Part shown: piece after piece, positions 14,601 to 27,911 of the stretch
How positions within the stretch are numbered: the stretch's first letter is position 1
Layout: each line of letters begins with the position of its first letter
Assembly: GCA_051362555.1 (NCBI GenBank)
Contig: CM120641.1
Span: 45,452,401 to 45,516,400 of the forward strand
Direction of reading: 5' to 3'
Source: Lingula anatina
Lineage: Eukaryota; Animalia; Brachiopoda
DNA: 64,000 bases
Position numbers and translations under genes: made by a program
The notes under the pieces: model-generated
Databases searched by the model: none
Seen by the model: the letters and a program-made list of their open reading frames with translations, nothing else
What the model was told of the DNA's origin: nothing

Positions 14601-17600
14601 GGGTCACCAACAGAGCTTTCATGTGTTTCATTTAGACAGAAAGAAATGTCCCTCAGTTTTTTCCCCCTTGTTAAGAGGACTCTGTGCTGGACTTAGGGCA
14701 ACTTGATGACAATGCAAAGAATGGTGTTTGTTCAGTTGGGATCGAGTCCGAAGGCAATGTAAATTTATGCCTTTTCCAACCTTGTTACAGACAAGAGTGT
14801 GTGTGAAGGGGATCATAGATTGGCAAATTTGTCACGTCAGGGTGCCTAAGCCGTGGAGGGGTGTGACACTGACTTTAAGGTGTGACAACAATCTGGAGAG
14901 CATTTTACACACGTTGCAGAACCTAGAATAACCTTGTACAGGGCGTATGGTGCCAGTGCCTTATGCTAAGCTGGAGGGAAAAAAGACACGTTAGTATTGA
15001 AAGCATTTTAGACTTTCGAACCTTAGAAATTGGTTACATTTCTGAAAGTATTTGCAGGGCAGGTCCCACCCTGTGTTTTGGTATGGTACACAAGCAGTAA
15101 GGTTTTCAATGTAAAACAAAGTATAGTTGTGTCAGTCGGTATTTTAAGTTTCCTGAAATTAGCTGGCAGAGTTAACTTATCTTACATTACCCTACTCGGT
15201 GGTAGATTAAGTCACATGCACTAGTGATAACAAAAAAAATTGTTAATCTTCATGCTTGACATTCCAACTGGTTGGAATATATAGTAGTGGGAGTTTGTGT
15301 AGTCTTCAAAAATAGCAGCAAATATTTTCCGTACGCTTGAGCTGTTTTGGGAGCATTTAAATGTCAATGTGGAAAGAAAGTTAAAGCTGTAATTATTTGA
15401 CCATCATTAGGTGAGGTTGTAAGGGGGTATTGTGCACAACTTAACTTGCGGCATTATGGGAAACGCCGTTTGTGTCCGACCAGTGCCTAGAATAATAATA
15501 TCAGGTAAATATTGTCTTGTGCAAATAGCAAGCGTTTTCCCACCCGTGTCTCAATACAGCAAATTTAGGAAGAATGTGTGTGGAGTAAATGCAAACATTT
15601 AAGGGGACTTCCTTATGCTTTCTTTAATAATTCTTAGGTCCTCAAAACAGTAGACACAGCAGAGGGGTGGGGGAGAGTGTGTTGAGGCCTCTTGGTTACC
15701 CTAATGCGTGAATGTGGACACAGAAAAATGAGAGCACTTGCCGAAGTGTGGTCTTTTGGGTGTTACATATTTATACGGAGTTCCATTAACTTAGCATTGC
15801 TGACACCTTGCACACTGGCAGTGCCTGATAACTGTTTGTTTCTCTTTCCAATCATTACATTGCTGTTGTATCAACCTGGGCACTAGACACATGTTCAAGA
15901 TGACAATAAGAGTCAACACACAGGTAGGACTGTATGTGGGTCGCTTAAAAAAGATGAAACGGGGCCCTTTTGGGATGACATCTTTAATCTGAAGAACTAT
16001 GTCACTCAGGAGTTGAAGTTGATGGGCAAACTGCCAAGTTGATCACCTTCAATTTTTATCATTTTTTTTATTTGAATAGGGTTAATTGGAATGAGTAGAA
16101 AGGTTTAATAATTTTAATTAGTTGTCTGTGTTTAATCATAATTGGCAGTTCTGTTTGTATTATATGCAGAGATCTGTGATTAACAGGGAGGATATATAGT
16201 TCTTTTAAGTGCTGATTTACACTTCAAATAAATCATTTCTGTGATGCTAGAAAGATTACAGTTGTGATAGATGTTGAATTGTAGGTTTGATTAAAGAAAT
16301 TAATTTGCTGTCAAAGTTCTCGTGTCCGTAGAGAACATTGGTGTTATTTTCTATTATTAACATATTGTCACAGCATACAAAGCCCAGATTAAGCCACCAT
16401 GTTGACAGAAAACTTATTCTCCATTGTACTTTAGAGTGTGTGATCAAGATTTTAGATAATACCTTGACAACACTGTTATGTAATTGCCAATGAAATTGAA
16501 TATATTTCCTCGCAGTTATTTCATTTGATTCCCTTTTTTAGGATAGGATAGGGTCGCCACTAGAATTTGGACATGCTAAATAAACACACAAGAAAAAACT
16601 TAATGTGTAAAGTTTAATCACTTTGGATGTAGGGTGCATTTCTGAAATGGATTTGTAACCGTTTGCTTTATATCCATGACAGCTTTGCCTACGTAACTGT
16701 TTTATGACTCGAGCGTTATTAGTCTTTCTTGAAGTGGCAGCAATAATGGATTAATATCAAATGCAATAACTTATAAGACGTGTACCCCTTATCACAAAAG
16801 CTACACACCTTGTGTGTGTCCAATGAGGGAAGGCCTACGGAGCAAGGTGTACGCGGAGCAGGATCTTGTATGCAGCCAGGTAACATATTTCAGGATTAGG
16901 AAGTTTTGTGACTAGGGTATGGGGGGATTAATATACAAAAGGACTATAGACCCAGGGTTGGACTTGACTTTGAAACTGAAAGTGGTTATCCACTTCATTT
17001 GAGGAGAAATCTGCAGTTGTCCACTGAAATAGAGGGAAATTTTGGTCTGAAAACTTTCATCAATTTTCGCTTGACAGGAGACGAGCACATTTCATGAGTG
17101 GACTACTAATTTATCTGGGATAAGAACACACTAGGAACCAACTTTTAGTCTGAAGGTCTCTTGTGACTCTGGCCCAAAATCTGTCATGTTGCATAGTATA
17201 AGAGGAGTAGAAGGTAATTTTGGTGTCTAGAAATCTTAAGATGTCTTCAGATTCAGATGTGCACCCTTCATGTTTATCTAAAGTGTGTGGGGGTGAAAGG
17301 ATCATGATCAGGAGGAGTAGAGATAGTAAGTTTATGAAGATTATTACACATCCAGAGATAATCTACCCTCTCAGAAGGATGTAAGCATTATAGCCATAGT
17401 CATAATAATTATACACAAATTGATTGCTTGACCTTGCTGTGGACCAAACTTAAGTCTGGAGTATTGGCAGTGTACATTGAATTAATGGTATGATGTTAGA
17501 TGTGGTTGCGCAGATTGATTGCTTTACCATGCTGTGAACCCAGCCAGGTATATTACTATCAGCCTTTACTTAACACTTGCAACTGATTTGAGAGTAGTTC

Positions 17601-20600
17601 AAGAAAGGTGGGAATGAAAGGACAATTTGTATAATTCACCTTTAAGTATGAGAGGACCCAGGGCACTTAGAACCATTAACAGGAGTTACAGTGTAAGTGG
17701 GGTCCGGGAAGGAGTTCGTCAAAACATGTGGATAATTTCTATAGGTTACTGTTGACTCTTTTTTATCGGCGATTTTCCATGATAGAATCCTACTTATTTC
17801 TGTCACATTTGGCACACATTAGGAGGACAGAGTAAATGTTGGGTAAATAGGCCCTTGAACTGCAAATAGGGAGCCTCCAAGGGGAATAGTTTGCAAACCC
17901 TGCGATGCTGTCTCGGACGAAAATGCTTGGATTACTTATTCCATTAGGCTGTCTGCATCACCCCGTTCACTTGCCTTATTACTCTTAGTCAAACGTTTGC
18001 CATTGGATTTCTTTGTGATAAGGTAGAATAATATTTTATTAGTGATAAGGCAGAGCCTACTGCATGCAGGGCTGGGGTAAAGACAGGTAATTTATATGTT
18101 TGAAGTCTGGGGTTGCTAGCAGTTAAGTGGGAGGTGACAGGTATGTCCCTAAAAAGACAAGTGCTGATCACTGACCTGTGTTCTTGGCCGTTTGGTGTGA
18201 AGTGAGGTGATGTGGGTGACTGTCAGACCGCTGTCTTGTGGGACTGGATCTTGGGATTTCAAATGGGAAAATTGCATTATTTTATCCTTATTATGCATAT
18301 CATTTTATTTATTTACACATTTATTTTATCTGAAAGTTATCATAATTCAGTCATTAATTTTGTCAATGATCCACTTGATAAATGTCAGTGGTTGAACTTG
18401 ATGTGGTTTAAGGCAGTTCAGAATTATTAATTTGAATGTTTTATTCAGGGTTGAATATTGTATTTAAAGGAGTTTTATTTAAAAGAAATATGATGTAAGG
18501 CCATTTGAAAATTATTGATCTGCATATTTTGATTGCTTTTGGATATTGCATTAACAAGTGACATGTCCTTTGACTTGCCAAGGAAAAGCTTTGTAATTAC
18601 ATAAGTTATTTAGTGCAAATGGGACCACGAGAAGGAGTAGAATATTAGAAATACATTCTGTTTATATTTGGGGCTTTCACATAATAAAAATATATGGACA
18701 AGGTTTTTTTTCTGTTGAAAATTAAGGCGGGGCTCTCACATTATAGAAACATACGAGCCATTATCGGTATTTAATTTTGCTGTGGTCCTCTGACCTCGTA
18801 AAAATATTATTGAACTTTCCTTTCTAAATACTTTTATGATCAGCTGCCTACCTATGAAGTGTTCATGTAAACAAACACACAAAATATAAAGGCATACAGA
18901 ATCAGAATATTTGTGGTTTCAACTACCTATTTCTATGCAGTTTTGATTCCCATTTCTTTTTACGTAACTTTTTCCCCCCAAGAAAATTGCGAAAAAATCT
19001 CAGCAGACTCCAGACTGTATCTTATCAGAAAGATCGTTGTTACTTTGATCAGTGCAAGCAACTAATACAGTCCAGTTACTGAAGCAGAGCGAAATAATCT
19101 ATTGTCTTCTCATTATGATGTAATGAAAGCCCACACAGGACGATGAAAGAAGTTTTAAAAGGGAGATTTACTGGCGCTTTGGTGTCGGTACCCAGCAAAT
19201 GCCATAAAATAAATTGATCACTGATTGTTATTGCAGGGAGTTTACTTTAGAAGTTAAATGTAAGTCCTTCTCTGCCTTGAAAGGTTATAATTTTTAGGTC
19301 ACCTTGCGTAATTTTGACCTAACACAGACCTGCTTTCACGTTTTATTCCTCTATTTTTTGTTCAGATATCTAGGTGTTGCAAATTTTCCAGCATTTTTTC
19401 TGCATAGCTAAGCACCTCAGTTACATCAAAAAATAGTATTGCTAAGAACAGATATTGTTGACCTTGTTGGAATTACAAACGTGAAAAACGTGTACAGGAG
19501 AAGAAGATGAAGAAAAGAAACATTTATCTTTTTTTATACATCACCTTGTTTTGATTTACTCTGTCACACTCGCTTTACCATATTGTTTGCTTTATCAAAA
19601 GAATTGAATTTATGGGACATTTACTCCTCCTCAACCGGTGTCAGTGATGCGCTTACTATCACCCCCAGGGGACTAAAGTGTGCGAGGGAGGCAGAGATCG
19701 GGTGAATAATTAGGATTGAGTGGCACTTGGATCCCATTATTTGCTTTGCTGGGGTTTGGGGTCCCTTTGTTGTGGGGAATTTAACACTGAAAAGCATCAC
19801 CTTTACGTCTTTGCACATTCATTACTTACGTTGACAAATAGAAGTAAAAGATGTTAAAGAAAAGAAAAAAGTTGCAATATTTGATACTTGAGGAATGCCA
19901 CTGCCTGAGATTGTTACTATCCAAAGCTGTCATCTAGTGGGGATGGAACCCTCTTTCCAATGAGCCTCTTGGGGGCTTTCTTGTTGGACTTTGCCAAATT
20001 GTCCACGGGGATGTTATTGCCCCCAAATGAGCATTTCACCTGACTATTTTGTAATTTTTGTCAAAAGAATCTGCAAATGGGTCTTTTTCTGTTCTCTCCC
20101 AGGTTAGTTTATGCTCCAATGATGTCTGCCTTTTATCCTTTTTGTGCACTGTGTGTAATGTCTTCATTTTCAATTGCTCTGCTCAAGTGAGTTTATAACA
20201 ATTAGGTTAAGAAATGACAAAAAGGGTTTAAAAAATGCCAGAAAGAAAAATAGTTGTCTCTCTTTTATATGACTCTCAGAGATACACGTAATTTGTCAGG
20301 CAGACTCTGTAAGTGCTCTTTTCTACATTATTGTGTGATTTTTACAGCCTTTTGTTAAGATTGAGTTATATATTATGAGACTAGCCTAGGTAAATCGGTT
20401 TGGGTTTATTTTATTTACAACTTCAGCATTTGTGACCCCTGATAATAGTGAAAAGTTTGAAAGTCTTAGCTATCAGAGAAATGAAGGCTCTTGGTAACAG
20501 AGAGAGAGATTAGTCAACCAAAGTTTATCGGAGGACTCTTTTTAATCTGGACACCCCTTTGCTTAACCAATAGCTTATCAGGCGAATAATTGAGCTGATT

Positions 20601-23600
20601 TGATATGTTTGTACATTTGCAGGGCAATAAATTTTGTCGGGTGATGTGAAGGCATGGGTCTTTTGTTTCCATTGCCACGATTGTAGAGTAAGGGGAAAAG
20701 GTTGCTACTGAACTGCATACTAGAGGTAAAAGGGGCCTGGTAAAAGTTGGCAGTTTTGTCTAATTAACTCCAAATTGATTTCGGCTTGACTGTGCTGGTG
20801 TTAATACCGCGAACTAGCCCTTGCAATTATAAGACAAAAGTTTCATGATTCGTCTCTTTTAAGGTTGAAGGTAGAAAGGTGTTCATTGGGCAAAAAAAAG
20901 AGGTATGCCAAGAAGACGCCAGGAACACTGCCTACCACTCTCTGATGGAATACTAAACTTGCTAAAAAGACTTCACTTTAACATGGATATGAGGGTAAGA
21001 GCTGTTTAATTAGATTTGTGAAAAAGAGTACATTCTCTCTCTCCCTCTCTCTCTCTCTCTCCCTCTCCATTTGAAGTGTATCATGATTTCAAATTTTCAT
21101 GCTCCATAAGGCTTCTTGTGAGCATGTCTTTATTAACTGACCTCAGAGGCCATGAAAACAGTAGTGTTCTAAGACAACTGCAGGTGTTGGGTACATGCTG
21201 GTTTCTCCATTGAACTTACAGTCCTTGATTCTTCCCAAATAAATATTTGATCATCTTTCACTCTTCCCCAAACCATCAGTTAGGTTTAACATTTTGTAGA
21301 GGCTGATATATTAAGGCTAAACATGTAGCAAAAGCTAATATTGGCTCTTGGTCTTTGTAAGTAAAATGTGTCTGAATAGGTGGATCCTATGAAGTGAGAC
21401 GTTTCGGTAAACATGGAATTTGATCGTTATTCAGTCAATCTGCAAATCTCTTCTTTAAAAGATCAATAGCATTCACCAAGTTTTGTCTTATTTTATTTTA
21501 TTTCATTTTACTTTTTGATATTTAAAGAATTTTGATTATATTTTAATTCCATGGTAAATGTTTCATTTTGGGTTGCCTGTCTAGAATTGTAGAGGGGTGG
21601 ACCTCAATAACTGGATTGAAGAGTAATCACTGCCTTAATAAGAGGGATGTTACAGCATTAAAGGGAACACCACTATGTTTTTATTACAGTTTTATTAATA
21701 GTAATGGTTTTATTGGATTTTCTTGTAGCTGTATGATTCACTTAATCTGATTATATTTTAAACTGTATTCTTAACACTGGAAATGTGTGTGCCCTCGAAC
21801 TTGACTGCAGTCATTATAAGAATGAATAACAAATCAGTAATTTTGTTTTTCAAGATGTTTGAATGAATTTTTTTAACCAATGTAACAAGAAATGCATTCC
21901 CTTATCAATCTTGGGTAAATGACATGTAACTCTTACAGTTAAGTTTTTCTCCTTGAAATTTCTGACACTATGACATATTGCAAGTAAGTTACTGAGCTAT
22001 TGCACTCTTATAATAGGGTTATCAGACCAATTAAGGAGTTTTTTGAACCTGAGTAACATGTCATTTGATTTCAAATGTCTCATTGAAAATGTTATAATTT
22101 AAAAAATTTTAAGGCTGCAGTCAATTAGTTTGCTGTTTGTTTGAGTAGACTGATATACAAAGATCCCATCTTTTAAGATGTGTTGTGGCAATACTTTCAT
22201 GTGGCAATACTTTCATATGTCTAAATGTCTAAATCATATGTCTTTTTTGGTCATATTTCTAGCAATTTGATCTCTAAATACAGCTTAAAGAAAGAAAGGA
22301 AGAAGACATTGATATGGATATTTTTGTTCTTTTGATTATTTTCTATTTTATGTTTGTAGTTCCTCAGTTTTGGATGGCCCCAGAAAAAATCACATTTGCA
22401 CGTTCAGAATTTAGAAGCAGTTGCTTGTATCTAAGTATTGTTTTACCCTGCTATTGTGCCCAGTGCCAAATAAGGTTAGGATCTTTGAACTGTCCTCTGA
22501 ATTCTTTCAGCTATTGTTTCTAAGTAAATTTGACTTCTTGATCTCTCCAGGTATTACCAGTGCTGACCCTAAAGCCGATTGACTTTTTCATCCTATGCTG
22601 ACAGTTTCTGTTTCCAATTCCAGTTTGGAAGTCATTTGTGCATGTTTATCCAGGCTACAGTTTCAGCAGCTACAATTGCAGGTAAATAGAAAAAATATAG
22701 CCTTCTAGTTTGTCAAGGACATTACTGTGACAGCAGAGCCGGATGAAAAATGAACTATGTACACTATTTGGTAAACTTAAGATGTTCTCTTTTTTTCTTT
22801 TTAAGCTGTGGGCAGAATATGAAAACTCTGTCACTTGTTCATAATGATAAAATTTAAGACAGTTGTAATTTTAGTTGTAATAGCATTTACTCTTTTTTGT
22901 AAGATTTGTTGTTATAAACTTAGCTCTTTATTTATTTGTGTATTTATTATTTATTTATTTATTTGTGTTATTATTGTGTATACATTTTTTTTCATGACAA
23001 AAAAGAAAGAATTTCAACATTGCACATTTCCCCCCAACAAGTCGTGAGATACTGCTTTCTCCTGAAATGTTGTATTTTAAGAATCTGCTTATTAATTCTC
23101 TGTAATAGAAACTGAACCTTTTCCCCATGGGCCATAAAAGAAAGATAAATATAAGGGGGTAGCCTGAGATGACCCAGTCATCCAAGTATGTCTTTCTTCC
23201 AGGCCATGTCCATCAGCTGAAAGACTTTGGCATTTGCCAGTTAAAAAGTCAGAATGGTGAGATGTCAGGAAACACTTGGCGTTTCTGCCTCACTGTAATT
23301 ACACCTGGCTCAAGACCTTTGCCTTCGCTTAAAGTGTGTTCTGCTGTCGTTTTTTTGGCTTCCATTTTATTGTTATTTTCACTAGGTTGTTCATGTGTAA
23401 AGTGAAAAAGTCCATTTGTGTTTACAGTGGTCACAGTATAAAGTGTTGAAGTTTGCTCTTCCCAGCAGATTGGGAGCGGATACCGATGGAAGCAGACGAT
23501 CTGGTTTGCATCAGCCACGTGGTACGCATTACCCTGATCGTCTGTCATTTTCCTCACGACAATCTGGAAGCATTCGCTGTAACATTCATTTTATTTCTTA

Positions 23601-24302
23601 CAAAATATGATTTGTAACACTTTTTGCTTTTGGCTTAGGTACAAGTTATGGATAACAATATGGCAGCGAACAGCATTGCTAAAGCAGGCGCAGCTGTCGC
23701 ATTTTCAGGACTAGGATTGTAGTGGCTGAGACACGACTACATCAGGAAACAAAATCTGTCAAATGCCACCTTCCAACTTGCGTAATTTCGGTTTTTTCAT
23801 CCCATTTGATGTATTTTACCTCATGGGTTCCTGCTGCTCTAACGGTGAAGTTTTTCTCTAGTTTTTGTGTCTTAAACATGCTTCTTAAATTCGTTCATGT
23901 GCAATCATTCATGGTTCATGTCCGGTAGGATCGGCTCACTCAGAAATCGAGACTGCACTCCCTTTCAACTGATCCTTAACAGCAGCGCTGGATATCATCA
24001 CCACTATAGTCACACTTTGTGAAAAAAAAGCCCTTACAGAGGCCAAATACTACCGAAAACCGCTGTGACGACTGAAGCATGGACTGCAGGATTTTCAGTA
24101 ATTTCAAATGGTAGGTAAAACGTTTCGTAGAAGAGCGTCGGGAATCTATCTGGAGTTTGTCGGGCCACTGAAAGGATTTCTTAGTCTAAATGTACTGAAA
24201 ATTTTGTTATAGTATTTATTTATTAATTTATATGAACAGAGTTAGAACGAAAAATAACTTCATCATCAGATTTTTAGCAGTTGGACACTGATGCAGAAAG
24301 AT

Positions 24303-24379
24303 TATGTCACAAGTAGGCCGAGATGGGGACAATATTGTACTACCCAGTATTGCACTCGTCCCGGCCTATATGCGACATA
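24303..24379 (+). ncRNA. mir-92: mir-92 family pre-miRNA, copy 1 (3p UAUUGCACUCGUCCCGGCCUAU, 24348-24369)
   Basis: 3p arm matches miR-92b-type mature sequence with seed AUUGCAC. 5p arm aggccgagatggggacaata pairs with it, and the lower stem tatgtc...gacata extends the hairpin. Confidence 0.95.
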
Positions 24380-25128
24380 TGTACACGACTGCCGCATAGA
24401 AGAAGACCTGCCTTGGGAGAAAAAAACTAGTATCCTAAATGTTGCATTCTAGAACTGCACGTTGTATTCAAGAGGGATATTTTAAGGAAAAGCAAACCAA
24501 ATTTTACTTTTACATACTTTGCTCGACGGCGGAGGGGGCGAATGCAGTTGCATTTGTGACGAGGCGTCCAATTACTGGACCGCGGTTTTCAGACTACACT
24601 ATTTGTCGCAAAGAATGTTAAGATATCAAAACGGGAGTCAAGGTTGCCCTCACTTAAACAAACTTAATAACAAAAGGGAGTAAATATGGTAGAAGGCAAC
24701 GAAAATGTCCATGGGCAATATAAGGCAATATAGTGTTTTAACAAGTCGTGAAATACCTTGGAAGTATAGCTCACCTGTTATGGGAGAGGAGTCACGAGCA
24801 AGACTCACAATCGATAATTCATGTCTGCAGGAACTGTGTTGACGGATGCCAGAGAGAAGTGCAGCCACTTTAAAGCGAAAAGAAAATTTTGGGAACGGCG
24901 TGTTTTTGAGTATAATTAATATACTCAGATCGGTAGTGAAAAGTGAACTAGTATGACCCAAAACAATGTCACGTTTTCGGTTACAATTCTTCAGTTGACT
25001 GGTATAAATACAAAGGATGTGCGTACGTGGAATGTAAATGTAAGTAAAGACGACAGAATAGTCTGACGTATATGAGCTGCTCGTATTTGCTGTCATTTAT
25101 TGACAGTGGCAGATCAGAATGCCGCTTT

Positions 25129-25195
25129 CTAGCAGATACGATATGGGGGCAATATTCTTTGATTTAGTAACATTGCACTCGTCTCGGTCTGCTAG
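25129..25195 (+). ncRNA. mir-92: mir-92 family pre-miRNA, copy 2 (3p CAUUGCACUCGUCUCGGUCUGC, 25171-25192; miR-25-like sequence)
   Basis: Seed AUUGCAC. 5p arm ctagcagatacgatatgggggcaata pairs with cattgcactcgtctcggtctgctag. Confidence 0.9.
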
Positions 25196-25304
25196 GTGGG
25201 AGGCAGAACAATTCCAAGGCGTCAGACCACATGCAGGATTCTCATCGGATTTATCTGTAAATTGTCGAATCCGCCGTCGACCCTAATTAGTGTTAGTTAC
25301 CCTG

Positions 25305-25331
25305 ATTGGTGATAAAGAGAAACGCTATAAA
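25305..25331 (+). promoter_or_regulatory. Candidate internal Pol II promoter (inverted CCAAT plus TATA) within the mir-92 cluster
   Basis: ATTGG at 25305-25309 and TATAAA at 25326-25331 in CpG-rich DNA, followed by a strong donor (ggg|gtaagt) at 25771. Confidence 0.35.
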
Positions 25332-26814
25332 GGAGCTGGATATGAAATGTCCCGGCTAAGGACGCCCGGGGTTGCTCCTTGCCATTGTCAGCTGTTGATC
25401 TTGGGGAAATCCATTCCACGCTGTTAGAGGGATGTGCTGTATCAGTGTGATGTAAGTGCACAGTAAATAAGGATCGCTGTCAGTTCAAACACGCTCCTTA
25501 GCAGTTCGCGCACCCTCTTCAAGAACAACGGACACGTTAAGGCCACCAGCACCAGTGGGCATGCGGTTTTGGCTAATTTCTCCACTTTTCAACCTGGTCG
25601 AATTTCAATTAATTCATTCATTGTCTCCACGCGTTCTTCGGGACGTTTTTGTTGTTCACTTTGTAAAAGGGGCGTCAAGGGAATTGTCTTGTGTGCGTGA
25701 CTGTAAGGACCTGCATTGTTGAACTGGGAGATCGTGAAATGCAAAGGACACGTGTTGTTTTCATTTCGGGGTAAGTATGAAAAAGCTGTACCTCACTGAT
25801 TAGATATTTGATTGATTTCGATAGCGGTTTAGCGTTATTGAATTTAATAATAGTGTCGTTATTATTGCGCTGTTTTGATTATAAAGCCGGGTATTGGGGG
25901 GCGCTTGTGAAGTGTGACCACCGCGGAATTAGCGGCGTAATCTGTGCGTAGGTCGCACAAAAGTGGGTAGTTTTCAATAATTTGGGTGACGAATGCAGTA
26001 CATCTGTGAGACCGGTGTGCGTGTGTACGAAGTGAAAGTATGTGTCGGTGTCAGATATGGAGTTACCATTGAGGAGAGAGCTGGTGGTTGTGGTTTTCTT
26101 GCATGCTGGAGAGTTGGCACGGGGCAAGTGATACAAAGAGGAATGTGCTTTGAGCAGAAGCGTGTGGTTTGTGTTGATTTTGAAACAAACTTTCAAGTGC
26201 AGGCTGAGACGAGTGCAATATATACTCAGACTTCCTGAAGTGGGGGTGTAAGTCGAATAGCTAGGTTTGGGGAGAGTGTTCGGTGGAATTTTCGTGACAT
26301 CAGTTTCATTTTCAGGATCATTGATAATTATCACACATATATAATTGACCATCGATAGTACTAAATAATGTGGTAATTCAACAGCCCCTACAAATACAGT
26401 GTATTGCTGTCAATACTTTTAGACCGTAATATACTTTGATGAATCATGCCGGTAAGTATTTGTAATTGAAAGAGGTATTCTGATACACGTAGGAGCCGCG
26501 TGTGTGGGTAGTATCAAATTTACTGCCGGCTAGATAATCTACGTGACCGCCCTCATGTACTAGAACGGCTAGAATTTCACTGATCTTTGTAGTTTAACCA
26601 TCAACTACATACCTGTGTACAAGGCTACCTGTTGCATGAAAGGGGTTAATGCCGCTGGATTGTCCTAAAATTGATGTAATTTTCTATAAAATTGTTTGTA
26701 TGAGAAGTGTTTTAGTAATTTTCAAGGCCTTTTTTTTGCACTGACGTTGCTTTTAAAGGCATGGAAGACCACGTTGACGGCTCAGTCGATACGACGAGTC
26801 GTGTGGTAAAGATG

Positions 26815-26899
26815 GTTCCTGACAGCAAGGCCGCGACTTTTGCAACTTTTGACTGCATTGGAAGCAAATTGCACTCGTCCCGGCCTACCTGTCGGGAAC
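26815..26899 (+). ncRNA. mir-92: mir-92 family pre-miRNA, copy 3 (3p AAUUGCACUCGUCCCGGCCUAC, 26867-26888)
   Basis: Long stem gttcctgacag...ctgtcgggaac; 5p arm aggccgcgacttttgcaac. Confidence 0.95.
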
Positions 26900-27142
26900 A
26901 AATCTGCACAGAAGACAATGTTTCAGGTATGCTTCCTTGTTATTAATGCGTTTACATAACTGTAAAGAAGCGTTCAAACATGCCAGGCGAAATGAGGCCA
27001 ACTTCGATATCTTGATACTCGAAACTGCGCTAGTCACTACCTACCTGTGGAGAACTGATCACCAACAAAGAGGAGATTGCTTTAGGTGTGCCCGCTTGCT
27101 GATTAAAAATGCGTTGGTTTTGCGCCAATTTAAGTAAAAGAG

Positions 27143-27229
27143 TGTGTTGTACGTGACAGGCGGAACGAGAGCAACTTTGATAACTTTTGTCCCCAAATTG
27201 CACTCGTCCCGGCCTGCCGCGCTCGGCAT
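27143..27229 (+). ncRNA. mir-92: mir-92 family pre-miRNA, copy 4 (3p AAUUGCACUCGUCCCGGCCUGC, 27196-27217)
   Basis: 5p arm caggcggaacgagagcaactt pairs with the 3p mature sequence. Confidence 0.92.
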
Positions 27230-27835
27230 TCCGACGTCTAGCTGCACGAAACTAGCACCAGACCAACCTTCACGTCTGTCCCTATTAGAATTTCATAGTC
27301 AAACCGAGAGCGAACACGGCCAATAGCACGTACCAGGAACACAGAGGCACGGGGGATTTTCCGGTTGATTTATACTTATTCTGTTTTAATTTAATTAAAT
27401 TGAAAGTGATGTCAAGAAAAGAATAAAATTTGCTTCATGTTATGATTGACGAGATGGTGGTTTCATGTGAGCCTGTCCTATAAGGATTAAAACACTTTCA
27501 GCAGTAACTAAGTGCGTGTGTGTATATATATATGCATCTGTGTGTGAGAGAATAAAGGAAAATACACCATTATCGGTACGCTTGGCATACTTGATGTATG
27601 TGCCATGTGACCGTATGTGTTAGCGCCATATGTACTGAAAAAGAACCAACAGATCACAACATGTTTCAGTTTTCAGTACAGCTTGCATTTTAGCTGCATT
27701 TTCCCTTCTCTTCAAGATGGTATGGACTGATATAAATGCACAGTTATTATTAATATATTAATATATGCATTTAATCAATATCATTATTATTATTATTTCC
27801 AAAGAGATGAGGTGAAGAAATAACGGAATAACTCT

Positions 27836-27911
27836 AGGGCACGTAGGCAGTGATGAGGGCAATATTGTGAAAGAAATGGCAAATTGCACTCGTCCCGGCC
27901 TGCTGGACCCT
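27836..27911 (+). ncRNA. mir-92: mir-92 family pre-miRNA, copy 5 (3p AAUUGCACUCGUCCCGGCCUGC, 27882-27903)
   Basis: 5p arm gtaggcagtgatgagggcaata; closing stem aggg...ccct. Confidence 0.92.

Larger units (their letters stand above)
1021..27911 (+). ncRNA. Putative spliced long non-coding host transcript (pri-miRNA) of the mir-92 cluster
   Basis: Candidate exons with polypyrimidine-AG acceptors and GT donors on +: ~1021-1192 (stops in all three frames), ~1319-1434, ~4716-4970, 10825-10921, 12902-12987, 22551-22681, 23639-~24110. No recognisable protein homology, and same strand as the miRNA hairpins. Exon connectivity and boundaries are inferred. Confidence 0.4.

Noticed and set aside
24650-26352. 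148-aa and 157-aa minus-strand ORFs
   Set aside because: No recognisable motifs; antisense to the miRNA cluster; probably chance.
24348-27903. Recurrent ~20-nt motif ttgcactcgtcccggcct as a CRISPR-like or dispersed repeat
   Set aside because: Spacing is irregular, DNA is eukaryotic, and each copy is the 3p arm of a mir-92 hairpin.
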